From Myxococcota bacterium (lineage in GTDB: Bacteria; Myxococcota_A; SURF-8), in the NCBI GenBank assembly GCA_963674735.2, contig CAXXQS010000001.1:2080001-2144000 (forward strand): a stretch of DNA of 64,000 bases, read 5' to 3'. Shown in pieces: positions 37,341-47,000 of this stretch (positions within the stretch are counted from its first letter, which is position 1; each line of letters starts with the position of its first letter). The position numbers and the translations under genes were made by a program. Below the pieces are notes generated by a model. The model was not told the origin of the DNA and searched no databases. It worked only from the letters and a program-made list of their open reading frames with translations.

Positions 37341-38939
37341 TTAGCGGTTCAAATAACTGGACGCGGCTTGCTGGCGGTCTTGCAGATAGCTGCGCACCAC
37401 GTCGACCTCATTCTCCACCTCTTCCACCGTATAGCCACGCTTGGGATCATCGGCGACATACGATTCAAGCGAGCTTTCCAAGTCGTCGATCCAGGCATCC
37501 AGCCCCAGCGCTTGAATACCGCTGACCACAAGTTCGAGTTGGTCCTCATAGCGGGATTGACAGGCCGGGAGTTCCAGGCAGCGCGCAAACAACACACTGG
37601 AACTGACTCCGAAGCTCACTTCCTGCACGAAGGTTTTATCCGTCCCCGCCGGCAACATGGTGAAGAAACCCTGTTTATCGCTATGCAGATAATAGTTGTT
37701 GGCGGCCAGCGTATAGCCATCCGCCTGGCCGATGTAATGTTCCACGGCCATCAGCCGAAGGGCGAGATCCAGATCGATCACGGAACCCACCGCCGCCGCC
37801 CAATCGTCATCCGAACCGGAGTTGATGGTGCTGATTAGAAGAGCCAGGTCGCTGATATCGTCATCATCGCCTTCATCGACCTCGAAATTCTCTTCCTGGC
37901 CGAGATACAGATCCACCATACCCTCATAGACGTGCTCCATGCTCTCGAAGGTGGAATCGGTGTATATATCGTCATAGGGTTCGATAACCGCATAGAGACC
38001 GTAATCTTCGCCGTTGACTCGCACCCAGGCGTATCCGGTTCGAGAAGCGGGAATATCCACCTCACGGAAAATGTAATAGGACAACGCCTCGTGCAGCATG
38101 GAAGTATCGTCCACCATGTTGTTCAAGGTCAGCTTTTTCAGCCCGGCGAAGCGCAGGTTGTCGTCGTATTTGTCGAAACGAATCTTGAACGACGCCTTCT
38201 GATCGATCGGCCGGAACGACAAGCCGCTCTTCAGACGCAGCCCCACCGATAAGGAGCCGGAGCTTTCCCCATCGGCTGTCATGGCAAAATCGGCTTCGGT
38301 ATACTCGTAGGGAGACGTCAACAGGCTCTGATAGGCTTCATCGGTCACCGTCAAGTCGATCTCGTAGACCGCCATCGTGTCGAACACCGACGCGGGCGAA
38401 TCCGCCTGCAAGCGATTCGGCTCTTCCTTGGTGGGATAGGTGGCTTGCCACGAACCGGTCAGGTCGGGATAGCGTCCCCAGCTTTCGCCGTCCTTGAGCT
38501 CTCCGATTTTCACGTAATCCAGAATGGTTCCGGTAGGATCGATCAGGTAAGCGGTATCGCCCGATTTCACTCCGAAGCCGAAGCCCGCTTCATCATCTTC
38601 CTCCTGCTTAACCACCAGATGTCCGCCGGGGGGAATTTCGGCCGGGCCGGGAATCAGATATTGATGGCCCGACTTTTCCAGATCGTCCGCCACGATCCAA
38701 CCCGCCACATCGATCGTGTCTTCAGACGATCGATTGGCCAGTTCCAGCCAATCGCGCCCCTGCACGTCGATCTCATTGAGCACCAGATCCGTCGGGGGAA
38801 TGAATTCTTCGCCGGAGTCCAGATCGCCATCCGGGCTTTCGTTCCCATTATCTCCCGAGCAGGCGGATAGCAGCGAGAAGGCCAGCAGGCTCCCGAGTAA
38901 CAGCAGCCGGAAAAGGCTTGGTTTCATGTTTGATTTCAT
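37341..38939 (-). CDS. Lamin-tail domain + CotH kinase lipoprotein
   Basis: Lipobox LSAC; LTD LVLNEI...DWLELAN...SWGRYPD; CotH GLRLK, KLTLNNMVDDTSMLHE, VNGEDYGLY. Confidence 0.85.
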   Translation of the reverse strand: MKSNMKPSLFRLLLLGSLLAFSLLSACSGDNGNESPDGDLDSGEEFIPPTDLVLNEIDVQGRDWLELANRSSEDTIDVAGWIVADDLEKSGHQYLIPGPAEIPPGGHLVVKQEEDDEAGFGFGVKSGDTAYLIDPTGTILDYVKIGELKDGESWGRYPDLTGSWQATYPTKEEPNRLQADSPASVFDTMAVYEIDLTVTDEAYQSLLTSPYEYTEADFAMTADGESSGSLSVGLRLKSGLSFRPIDQKASFKIRFDKYDDNLRFAGLKKLTLNNMVDDTSMLHEALSYYIFREVDIPASRTGYAWVRVNGEDYGLYAVIEPYDDIYTDSTFESMEHVYEGMVDLYLGQEENFEVDEGDDDDISDLALLISTINSGSDDDWAAAVGSVIDLDLALRLMAVEHYIGQADGYTLAANNYYLHSDKQGFFTMLPAGTDKTFVQEVSFGVSSSVLFARCLELPACQSRYEDQLELVVSGIQALGLDAWIDDLESSLESYVADDPKRGYTVEEVENEVDVVRSYLQDRQQAASSYLNR

Positions 38940-39009
38940 GTGCACTTCCAGATTTTCAACAAAAGATGAATGTTTCGTGCCAGCGCAGCCGTGAATTGTT
39001 AAGGCAGTA

Positions 39010-39780
39010 TTATAGCGCAGGATAATCCCGAGCGCCAGACGTGCCCTCCATAATTCTATCAACTGCATAACAATACTTGGAAAATCCGCGTTGGAGCAAG
39101 CCGAACTGTCGAATCATGTTCAGCATCCATAAGGGGACGCTCTGGGTGGTCTTCACTTCCAGAATCACCGGGGAATCGTCGTTTCTCGTGCTGATGGGAT
39201 CGTCATAATACAACATGGAGTGCTCGTCGGCTTCGAGTTGGGTGGACCCATGCGCCTTTTGGTAACACAAACGACGATCGAAGGTCACACGCCCGTACTC
39301 TTCGATCTCGCTGACGTAGGGTTCCCGGAAATAGCGTACGTGCAGAAGCGGACGCGCCCCGAAAACCCCTAGGATTTCCTCAAAGGTCTCCGGCCGTTCC
39401 TTGCACAGAGTCGGGCCCGGCGGCTGCGGCTCACGTTCGAGAATCGCGGGCCACTGGGCCAGGGGAATCATGTTGCGGCGTTTCCAGATGACGTTGTTGA
39501 ATTTGTGCTTGAGTTCCAACCAACAGAAATCTTCGGCTTTTTTGCCGTAAAAACGCACGCGCGGTTTGACTCGCATGAGCCGACGAAACTTGACATCGTA
39601 ATAAAAGCGCAGATCGGGGGTTTCGAAATAGAGGTTGTTGACCGTATAGCCGCGCGTCTCGGGCGAAGCATGCCGGTCGAGCGAGCAAATCGGCCGAATA
39701 TACTCACGAATTTGTCTGGCGAGAGACTCCGTAATGGTATACTTCAGTTCGTATCGTTGAATGATCTGAATATCGGCCAT
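39010..39780 (-). CDS. VTC domain (polyphosphate polymerase, CYTH/TTM-like) protein
   Basis: RYELKY, YTVNNLYFET, KPRVRFY, LELKHK, RVTFD, ILEVK and FSKY motifs. Confidence 0.9.
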   Translation of the reverse strand: MADIQIIQRYELKYTITESLARQIREYIRPICSLDRHASPETRGYTVNNLYFETPDLRFYYDVKFRRLMRVKPRVRFYGKKAEDFCWLELKHKFNNVIWKRRNMIPLAQWPAILEREPQPPGPTLCKERPETFEEILGVFGARPLLHVRYFREPYVSEIEEYGRVTFDRRLCYQKAHGSTQLEADEHSMLYYDDPISTRNDDSPVILEVKTTQSVPLWMLNMIRQFGLLQRGFSKYCYAVDRIMEGTSGARDYPAL

Positions 39781-39782
39781 GA

Positions 39783-41054
39783 CTAAGGCTGAATGTCCTC
39801 CGGGCCGTCGAGACCCAACGCAAGAGTCAGATCGAAGAGCGCGACGACCAGTTCCTTGCGCTTTTGCGCCTTGATCCGCAACGTCTCGTTGATGGTCAAG
39901 TTCAGTTCCAAGACCTCGTCACGCGGCAAGGTGTCGTGTTGCTTGGCGCTTTCGATGATGGTTTGGGCGTTTCGAACCAGTTCCCCGGCCGTTTCGCAAA
40001 ACATGTTCCAATCGAGCAGGGAATCGCGATAGATGTTATAGCGATTGCGCACCTGCGATTCGATGCGCTCCCGCACCGCATCGACCTGGGTTTCCTTACG
40101 CTCCACCGCTTGCCGCGTAGCCCGGATGTTGCCGAGATTCCAGTTGAATAACGGGAGATCGAATCCCATCATCAACTCGCCGTAATCGTCCTTGTCGTCC
40201 CGAAGATGATAGGAAAGCTGAACATAGCTGAACCAGGGGACATTCTTCAGCCTTTCCAGCGTATACTGCCTTTCGGCCAGATGCCGTCTCGCTTCAACGA
40301 CTTTCACCTCAGGACGATTCTCATAGGCGATACGCGTAAGCGTTTCCAGATCGAGTTCGACGACCGGCACGTCCATTTCCACCAGTTCAACATTCGCCGC
40401 AGCTCCCGTGAGACGCTTTAAGCGCCGCCGGGCACTGGCCTGCCGCTCCTTGGCGCGGGTACGATCGTTAAGCGATTCCGCCGACCACAAGCGCGCCTTG
40501 GTGAAATACACCACGGAGCGCCGTCCCAATTCGACCATCCGCTCGATAATGGCGATGCGCTCGCGTTCCAGTTCGACGCGTTCATTGGCCAAACGGGCCA
40601 GTTCGTCTTCCCGGATGACATCGGCATAGGTTTGAATCACACGCGCGATCAATTCCTGACGCTCGATCTGCTGCGTCAACTGCCGTTCCCACAGCTCGAC
40701 CCGCGCCTGCTGTTTGTCCTCGTCCAACTCTCCGATACGCGGCGGCCGCCAGCGCAAACCGAACTCGATATCATCGAATTCATCGGTAAAGTAGCTTGTT
40801 TTAATGTCGCTGATACGAAATTCCGGATTGCGGATCCAGCCCGCCGAATCCAGCCGCCCTTTGGCGATTTCGACGTTGGCCTCGTTGGCCTCGATCTCGC
40901 GGCTGCGCTCCAGCGCCAGTTCGACGGCCTGCTTCTCGGTCAAAGGCGGACCTGCTTCTGCCTGCGCCGACGCCTGCGCCGTCCAAGCGGCTGCACAACC
41001 GATCGCCAGACTCAGCAGGATTTTCATCAGCGATGGCCCTAATCGGCGTCTCAT
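39783..41054 (-). CDS. TolC family outer-membrane efflux protein
   Basis: Signal peptide, LTEKQAVELALE, AYENRPEV, FDLPLFNWNLG, coiled-coil helices; ATGA overlap at 41054. Confidence 0.82.
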   Translation of the reverse strand: MRRRLGPSLMKILLSLAIGCAAAWTAQASAQAEAGPPLTEKQAVELALERSREIEANEANVEIAKGRLDSAGWIRNPEFRISDIKTSYFTDEFDDIEFGLRWRPPRIGELDEDKQQARVELWERQLTQQIERQELIARVIQTYADVIREDELARLANERVELERERIAIIERMVELGRRSVVYFTKARLWSAESLNDRTRAKERQASARRRLKRLTGAAANVELVEMDVPVVELDLETLTRIAYENRPEVKVVEARRHLAERQYTLERLKNVPWFSYVQLSYHLRDDKDDYGELMMGFDLPLFNWNLGNIRATRQAVERKETQVDAVRERIESQVRNRYNIYRDSLLDWNMFCETAGELVRNAQTIIESAKQHDTLPRDEVLELNLTINETLRIKAQKRKELVVALFDLTLALGLDGPEDIQP

Positions 41055-43120
41055 CGGTTCTCCTGTTCGGTCGAGATCCGAACCATGGACGGAGCGCGTT
41101 GATCCGAATCGAAGACCACGAGCAAGCCGTCCTCGGCGTCGCGGCACACCCCTTCCGGTTTCAGCTTCGGAAACCAGTACAGCGCCTTTTGTTTTTGTTC
41201 CGCTTGGCCGGGTTGGGTGATCATATGGACACCCCCCATTTGCTTGTCCCGCCCGACCCCCGGTGTCGTCGACAACACGATCAGCCGCCCATCCGCATCG
41301 AAAAGGAGGTCGGAAATCCCCGAGTTGCGCCCTTGCGGGTTGCGCAGATCGAAGTCGGCGAACAGCGTCAACTGACCCGGCAGCAGACGTTTGGTTTCGA
41401 ACAAGGCCAACGGATCGTTCAGCCGCCAAACCCGCGCCCCAGCCTCCGACAACGGTTGCTTCAAGCCGAGATAGAGAACGTTGTCGCGATAGGCCGCCCC
41501 TTCGATATTGAGAATTAGTTGCCGGTTGTGATCGTTTTCCCCGAGTCCCAATTGTTGGCGCTGAGCCTCATCGAGCGACGTCATCAGCAGATCGAAGAAA
41601 TTCACCCGTTTTTCCACCGACAAGCTGCGTCCGGAGCGTTTGACCAGCAACAGCGAGCAGCGGTCGTTACGGCGCTTGCCCTTGCGACTACTCGTCTGCG
41701 AACTGAGCAGCAATAGATGCTCGCCATCCACGGCCGTCACGGCCTCCAGGTCGTTGAGGCTCTCCACTCCCGATAACACCAGTGGTTCCGGCTCGATACG
41801 CCCTTCGCGATCCATAAGGAACAGCCAGGGTGCGTGCTCGTTGCGACTCGGATAGCCGGTATCGTCGCTGACGATCAGGTAGCGTTCGATGTCCGCCAGC
41901 CACAGGATTCCGGAGGGCTCGAAGCGGGTGCGCCGGATCAATTCGTCCGGGACTTGCAGCCCGCGTACACGCGGCGTTGTGAGGATCGGTGTACCGGCGG
42001 ATTCCCCCGCACCGGCGTTGGCTGACTTTGCAAGCGGCGGATCGTCGAGCGGGACGCGTTCGCTCGTCAGACGAATGTCCACGGCCTCGCCGGGCAACAG
42101 CCGGTGTCCTTCGTCCAATCGGATCTGAACGCGCCGCGACCAAAACACCTGCCCACGAAATTCAAGCCGCCCGACCATCGGCGAGAAACCGGGATGGAGA
42201 AACATCACGGTTCCCATCGCATCGTAGCCCCCCGAACGTTTCGACAGAACCCGCACGCGCATACCCGTTTCGATCACGGCATCCGACAATTCGGGCAGAT
42301 ACATCTCGACCAGCGAAACCTGACGTTCCTGAACTTCGATGATCGGCAGGAAGGCGTCGACGGTATCGCCGCGCCGTGCCAGAATCTTCACCACGTCGCC
42401 ATCACACGGCGCGATGACGGCCCGCATTTCCATGCGAGCCTCCAGCAACGCAACCATCCGTTCCAACTCATAAACCTGTTGGATACGATTACCAAGCATG
42501 GAGTTCAAAACCGGGTTGTCGGTCCCGGAAAGCGGCCGGAACTGTCCGGGCGACGCTTTTCGGGAGGCGCGGCTCCGCAACTCTCGGCGCAATTCGTCGA
42601 TATAACGCGCCAAGGCATCCCGGCGCACGATCAACCCGCCCAAGTCGGGCGAATGTCCCAGGCCATCTTCTTCGGCACGCTCCCAACGCCCGATCTCGCG
42701 GTTCAAACCTTCCAACTCCACGGATTTGGACCCGAGTTCGGCTTTCAGGACCATCAACGAGGAATTGTCGCTTTCAAGCTGCATGCGCAAGCGCTCATAT
42801 TCCAGCGAGTACCGTTCGCGATCCGCCGTGATGATTGTCTGGAGAACCGCCAGTTCCTCGTTAAGGGCATCACGCTCGGCTTTCAGATCGCTGGAATCGA
42901 GCACGGCGAGCACCTGTCCATGATGGACGCGATCCCCGCTCGCCACATACATCTCGGCAATCAGGCCCGGCTCGCGTGCGCCGACCGTGTGGGAGCGCGT
43001 TTCGACCAGACCGAGAAAGGTGCGGTCCACGTGCCAATTCAAATAGATCCAAACGCCGATGGCCACCGCCACCAGCCATAACACCAATAACCAATTACGT
43101 CGGGAAGGCATCCGAATCAT
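41051..43120 (-). CDS. HlyD-type membrane fusion protein fused to a DUF3616/phytase-like beta-propeller
   Basis: N-terminal TM; lipoyl halves (GLIAEMYVASGDRV; VIAPCDGDVV); coiled coil; C-terminal FEPSG, DLEAV, NIEG and KPEGV blades. Confidence 0.75.
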   Translation of the reverse strand: MIRMPSRRNWLLVLWLVAVAIGVWIYLNWHVDRTFLGLVETRSHTVGAREPGLIAEMYVASGDRVHHGQVLAVLDSSDLKAERDALNEELAVLQTIITADRERYSLEYERLRMQLESDNSSLMVLKAELGSKSVELEGLNREIGRWERAEEDGLGHSPDLGGLIVRRDALARYIDELRRELRSRASRKASPGQFRPLSGTDNPVLNSMLGNRIQQVYELERMVALLEARMEMRAVIAPCDGDVVKILARRGDTVDAFLPIIEVQERQVSLVEMYLPELSDAVIETGMRVRVLSKRSGGYDAMGTVMFLHPGFSPMVGRLEFRGQVFWSRRVQIRLDEGHRLLPGEAVDIRLTSERVPLDDPPLAKSANAGAGESAGTPILTTPRVRGLQVPDELIRRTRFEPSGILWLADIERYLIVSDDTGYPSRNEHAPWLFLMDREGRIEPEPLVLSGVESLNDLEAVTAVDGEHLLLLSSQTSSRKGKRRNDRCSLLLVKRSGRSLSVEKRVNFFDLLMTSLDEAQRQQLGLGENDHNRQLILNIEGAAYRDNVLYLGLKQPLSEAGARVWRLNDPLALFETKRLLPGQLTLFADFDLRNPQGRNSGISDLLFDADGRLIVLSTTPGVGRDKQMGGVHMITQPGQAEQKQKALYWFPKLKPEGVCRDAEDGLLVVFDSDQRAPSMVRISTEQENR

Positions 43121-43797
43121 ACCTCCACCGTGGTTTGTTGGTTCATATACGTCAAGCCCCGCAGGCCTTCCACCGCTTCCAGTTCGCGGATCAGGCGTAT
43201 CCCGTCATCGGGTTTGGCGAGCTTGACCTGGTAGGCATACTCGACCTGTTCGCCCTGGGCGATGCTGCGCATGGTCACCAACGCGAAATGGCGGGGAATG
43301 CGTCCCATGATGGAGACGATCAGCTCGGAGGTCGCCGCTCCCGACGAAGCCTGAAAGCGGATCAGTCCGTCGTGGGGACGCTGAGTACCGAAGGGCGAGT
43401 GATGCATGGCATAGGCGATGACACAGAAAACAATGCAGCCGATGATGGCCGCATCATAGCTCTGCACGCCCGACGCGACCCCCACACCGAAAGCGGCGAA
43501 CAAGAAGATCAAATCGCGTGGATCGCGCAGATTAGTGCGGAAACGAATCACGGCCAGAGAACCGACGATACCGATGCCGCGGGCGACGTTGTCGCCGATG
43601 GCGATCATCAACAGACAGCAGATCATGCTGCCCAGAATCATGGAGTGCAAAAGTCCACGCGACCACGACAAGCCTTGAAACGTCTTTTCGTACACCGTCG
43701 CAACGGCCGTTGACAGAATGAAAGCCAACAAAAACGACAGCAGAACCGAATGCCACTCAAGCTTGATCGATCCGAAACTGAACAGCAGATTTTCCAA
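43117..43797 (-). CDS. DUF4956 membrane protein (MgtC-like)
   Basis: About 4 TM helices, GIVGSLAVIRFRTNLRDPRDL, and a small soluble C-terminal domain. Confidence 0.85.
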   Translation of the reverse strand: MENLLFSFGSIKLEWHSVLLSFLLAFILSTAVATVYEKTFQGLSWSRGLLHSMILGSMICCLLMIAIGDNVARGIGIVGSLAVIRFRTNLRDPRDLIFLFAAFGVGVASGVQSYDAAIIGCIVFCVIAYAMHHSPFGTQRPHDGLIRFQASSGAATSELIVSIMGRIPRHFALVTMRSIAQGEQVEYAYQVKLAKPDDGIRLIRELEAVEGLRGLTYMNQQTTVEV

Positions 43798-44017
43798 AAC
43801 CCACCTCGCTGACCCTGAGGAATCCCCGCTTCCCGCCGTTTACGGGAACCATCGGAAGGTAACGCAGTCGACCTGCGCCTCACAAACGCCAAAATCGAAA
43901 CGACCATCGAAAACCTGAGTTAATTCCGGTCGCTTCATCCATCCATATACTGAGAATAATACCATGAAAGGTGGGTTGTTACAACAACTGAATTGTATGC
44001 AAATGTTCGGATAACAC

Positions 44018-44043
44018 AAAGGCCGGCCCCGCAGGACCGGCCT
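44018..44043 (-). terminator. Probable intrinsic terminator after the matrixin gene
   Basis: AGGCCGGcCC-cgca-GGaCCGGCCT hairpin followed by TTTGTGTT on the minus strand. Confidence 0.55.
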
Positions 44044-44066
44044 CGTTGAATGAAATCCGCGTAAGC

Positions 44067-47000
44067 CTACTCGGGATAGATGAAGGCCACACCGTTGCTG
44101 TCCGAAGGTTCGAGGGTGACCTGATCGGCATTGCAGGGACCGGTTGCGTAATACATGGTGGCATCGGCCACGTCCGGATGGTCCAACCCGAGCATGTGAC
44201 CGATTTCATGCACCGCGATACCCCGAATGTCGAACTCGTCATAACAACCCGGAGCCAGCGCATCGGCGTGGGTGCAGAAATCGACGGCGTTATTGAAGAC
44301 GATATCCGTATCGACCAGACGCTTGAAGGTAAGGCCGCTGGTCTGCATGGTCTGGCTGTTCCAGATCGGCATGGCCGCCGCCAACACGCCGCTATCGAGA
44401 TCGTTGTCCGGGTCGTCCCAACTGACGGTGTTGTATCCGTCGTAGGTAAAACCTTCGCGCGTGGTACTGCCGCTGTAGGTGAAGGCGAGCGTCGCATCCG
44501 CCACGTCTTCCCACACCTGGAAAGCCGCTTCGACCTCATCGAATTCGGCATCGCCCGCAATGGAATCCTCACCCGACGGATTCATGCTGTAGGGAACCGG
44601 GACATCGGCCGGGAACCACTTCACGGCCGGATCGAGCAGGACGAAGGTGTCGTCACCGATGCTGAAGCTTTCCGGGCCCGCGATGTTGTTGTTCTCGACG
44701 CCCTCGCTCACCAGTTCCGTGGTATCAACCTGGAAATAGGAGGCGTAATTGCCTTGAGCCAACGCGGCACTGTCCAGAGTGAAGCTGTAGTCCTCACCCG
44801 CCGCCAGTCCGAGCAAGGTGCCGGTCCAATTGCTGCTAACCTGTCCGGGACTGGGGGGATTTTCGAGATCCATATAGAGGTCCATACGGAATTCGCTCAG
44901 GACGTCGACCGTCCCCAGGTTACTGACCGTGATGTCGTAGGTCACGTTGGACCCGGCCAGGTTGGCCGTGAATTCGGTGACCGCCAGGTCATAGGTGCCG
45001 CCGTTGAGAATGATGTAAAAGCGATCCGTCCAACTACGCCCGTTGCCGTCCTCGATCACGAGATCGAGGGGATACTGATAGGCGGAAGCTCCGGCTGCAA
45101 TCTGGATGGTGAAGGGATCGGTGGCCGCCTTGCTGCCGCTGGCCGTTACCGAGCCGAAATCGGCCGTGCTGTCCGTCACCGACACATCGCCGTTTGAAGA
45201 TGACAACTCGCCGGTGACGCCGGTCACCGCCAATGCCCCTTCATTCTGGATCGTCACGGTGAGGTTGACCGTGTCGCCGGGATCGATGCCGTCGCCCGAA
45301 TTGTCGATGTGGGAGGCATAGCTCAGCCGCGTGCCTTCACAGCCTTTGGGGAACAGATAGAGCATGGGGGAAACATAGTCGCCCTCGCCGTTCTGCCACC
45401 ACTCCGAGAACCACGAATCGCCGCTGTCGACACTGACCAGACCGTAGTTCAACGACGGTGAAGCCCCGTCGTCTTGGAACGGCAGCATCCAGTCGGTCCC
45501 GCTCTGATCGTCGAGCACCTCGACGGAAATCCAGAAAATCTCACCGATGGGGAAGGTCAACGGCGGATCCACGGTTTGGGTATAGCTGATGATACCGGTG
45601 CCGGATACGCTGCGAGATCCGCTTTCCCACAACACCTCTCCAGGCGCGCCCGCGCCGTGACGATGGACACGGAAGAAGAAGTTGGAGCTGTGCGTGCTGG
45701 TGGCGTTGGTGTAGAATTCGACATCGAATTCATGCAGCGTGAAATCGGCTTCAACCGGATAGGGATTGGCGTACATCGTCCCGACATCGGCTCCGAAAAG
45801 TTTCGCGGTAGCGTAAGTGTCGTCGTAATGGATATAATCCCCACTGATATCGCTATACGGCGCATCGCAGTCGACGGGCGTGGCATGCACGAAGACTTCC
45901 AGCCACTCGTACCAGATGTTGGTCCCGTCTTCGATCTGCAGAACCAGGTAATAGGAGCCGCCCGCCAGTTCGTCGAAAGTCAACGCAAAGGCTTGATCGG
46001 CCTGCCCGGTGGCACTCACCGCAATCCCCGACACATTCGCCGTATCGTTCCCGAGCGTGATGTCGTCGGTGTTGGACAAAAGCGTGACGACGAGGTCGAG
46101 GCTCGTATCGAAGCCGACATTCTCCAGGGTGACGGTAATAGCCGCGCTGTCACCGGCTTCGTAGATACCGCCGACGTTGTCCGTGCGGCTATGATAGCGG
46201 ATATCCGCCCCTTCACCGCAACCGATGGGATCGATGAACCAACTGGCCGAGAGGGCATACCAGCCCTCTTCGTAGTCGTTGGGGTCAGCCGTCTCGGGCC
46301 AGTAGAGATAACCGTTCCGTTCACTGGCCATGGCGCCGTCGTCGGCAAGCAGCGAGACGTAGTCCGCGCTATCGGTTTGGTCGTCTTCGTACACGAATCC
46401 CAGCCAGTAATAATCGGCGTTTTTCAATGCGACCGCCTGCTGGAAGTCGAAACGCACTTTCGACGGATAGAAGGCCGTGACCGCCTGCGAATCGGATTGC
46501 GCCAGCAACTCGCCCGGCCCGCCGTCCTCGTCGCGATAAAGCACGGCATGGAAATTACCACTGCCCACATCGCCTGAATCCTGCAACCAAACGGCCTCGA
46601 CGGCGAACAGGTTGACGCTGGCGGGAGTGACCATGTAACGGTTGAGCGCCAGAGCTCCGGCCGGCATGAGATAGGTTGTGTACGGAGTTCCGTAGCTTTG
46701 GGTCTGATAGGTTTCGTCCGTGCAGACCGCGCAGCCTTCGTCGATGCCGTACAGGCAGTTGTTGTCCTTGCCGTCGCACCATTCCACGTGCCCCGGATAG
46801 ACTTCGTCGTCTTCGTCCTGGCAATCGTTGCCGCCGCAAACCACGTCCACGTAGGTATCCTGATCAACATCTTTCGGTTCGCCCACGCACACGCCGCCCT
46901 GGCAGGCGTCGTTGAGGGTGCAGGTGTCGTCTTCGTCCTGACAGGCGGTATCGTCCGGCTTGTTGGTCGCTTCGCAGGCACCGGATACGCTGTTGCAGGT

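Noticed and set aside
43800-44010. Pho box or sigma54 promoter upstream of the VTC operon
   Set aside because: I could not find CTGTCAT direct repeats or a TGGCAC-N5-TTGC match; only short palindromes that could be chance.
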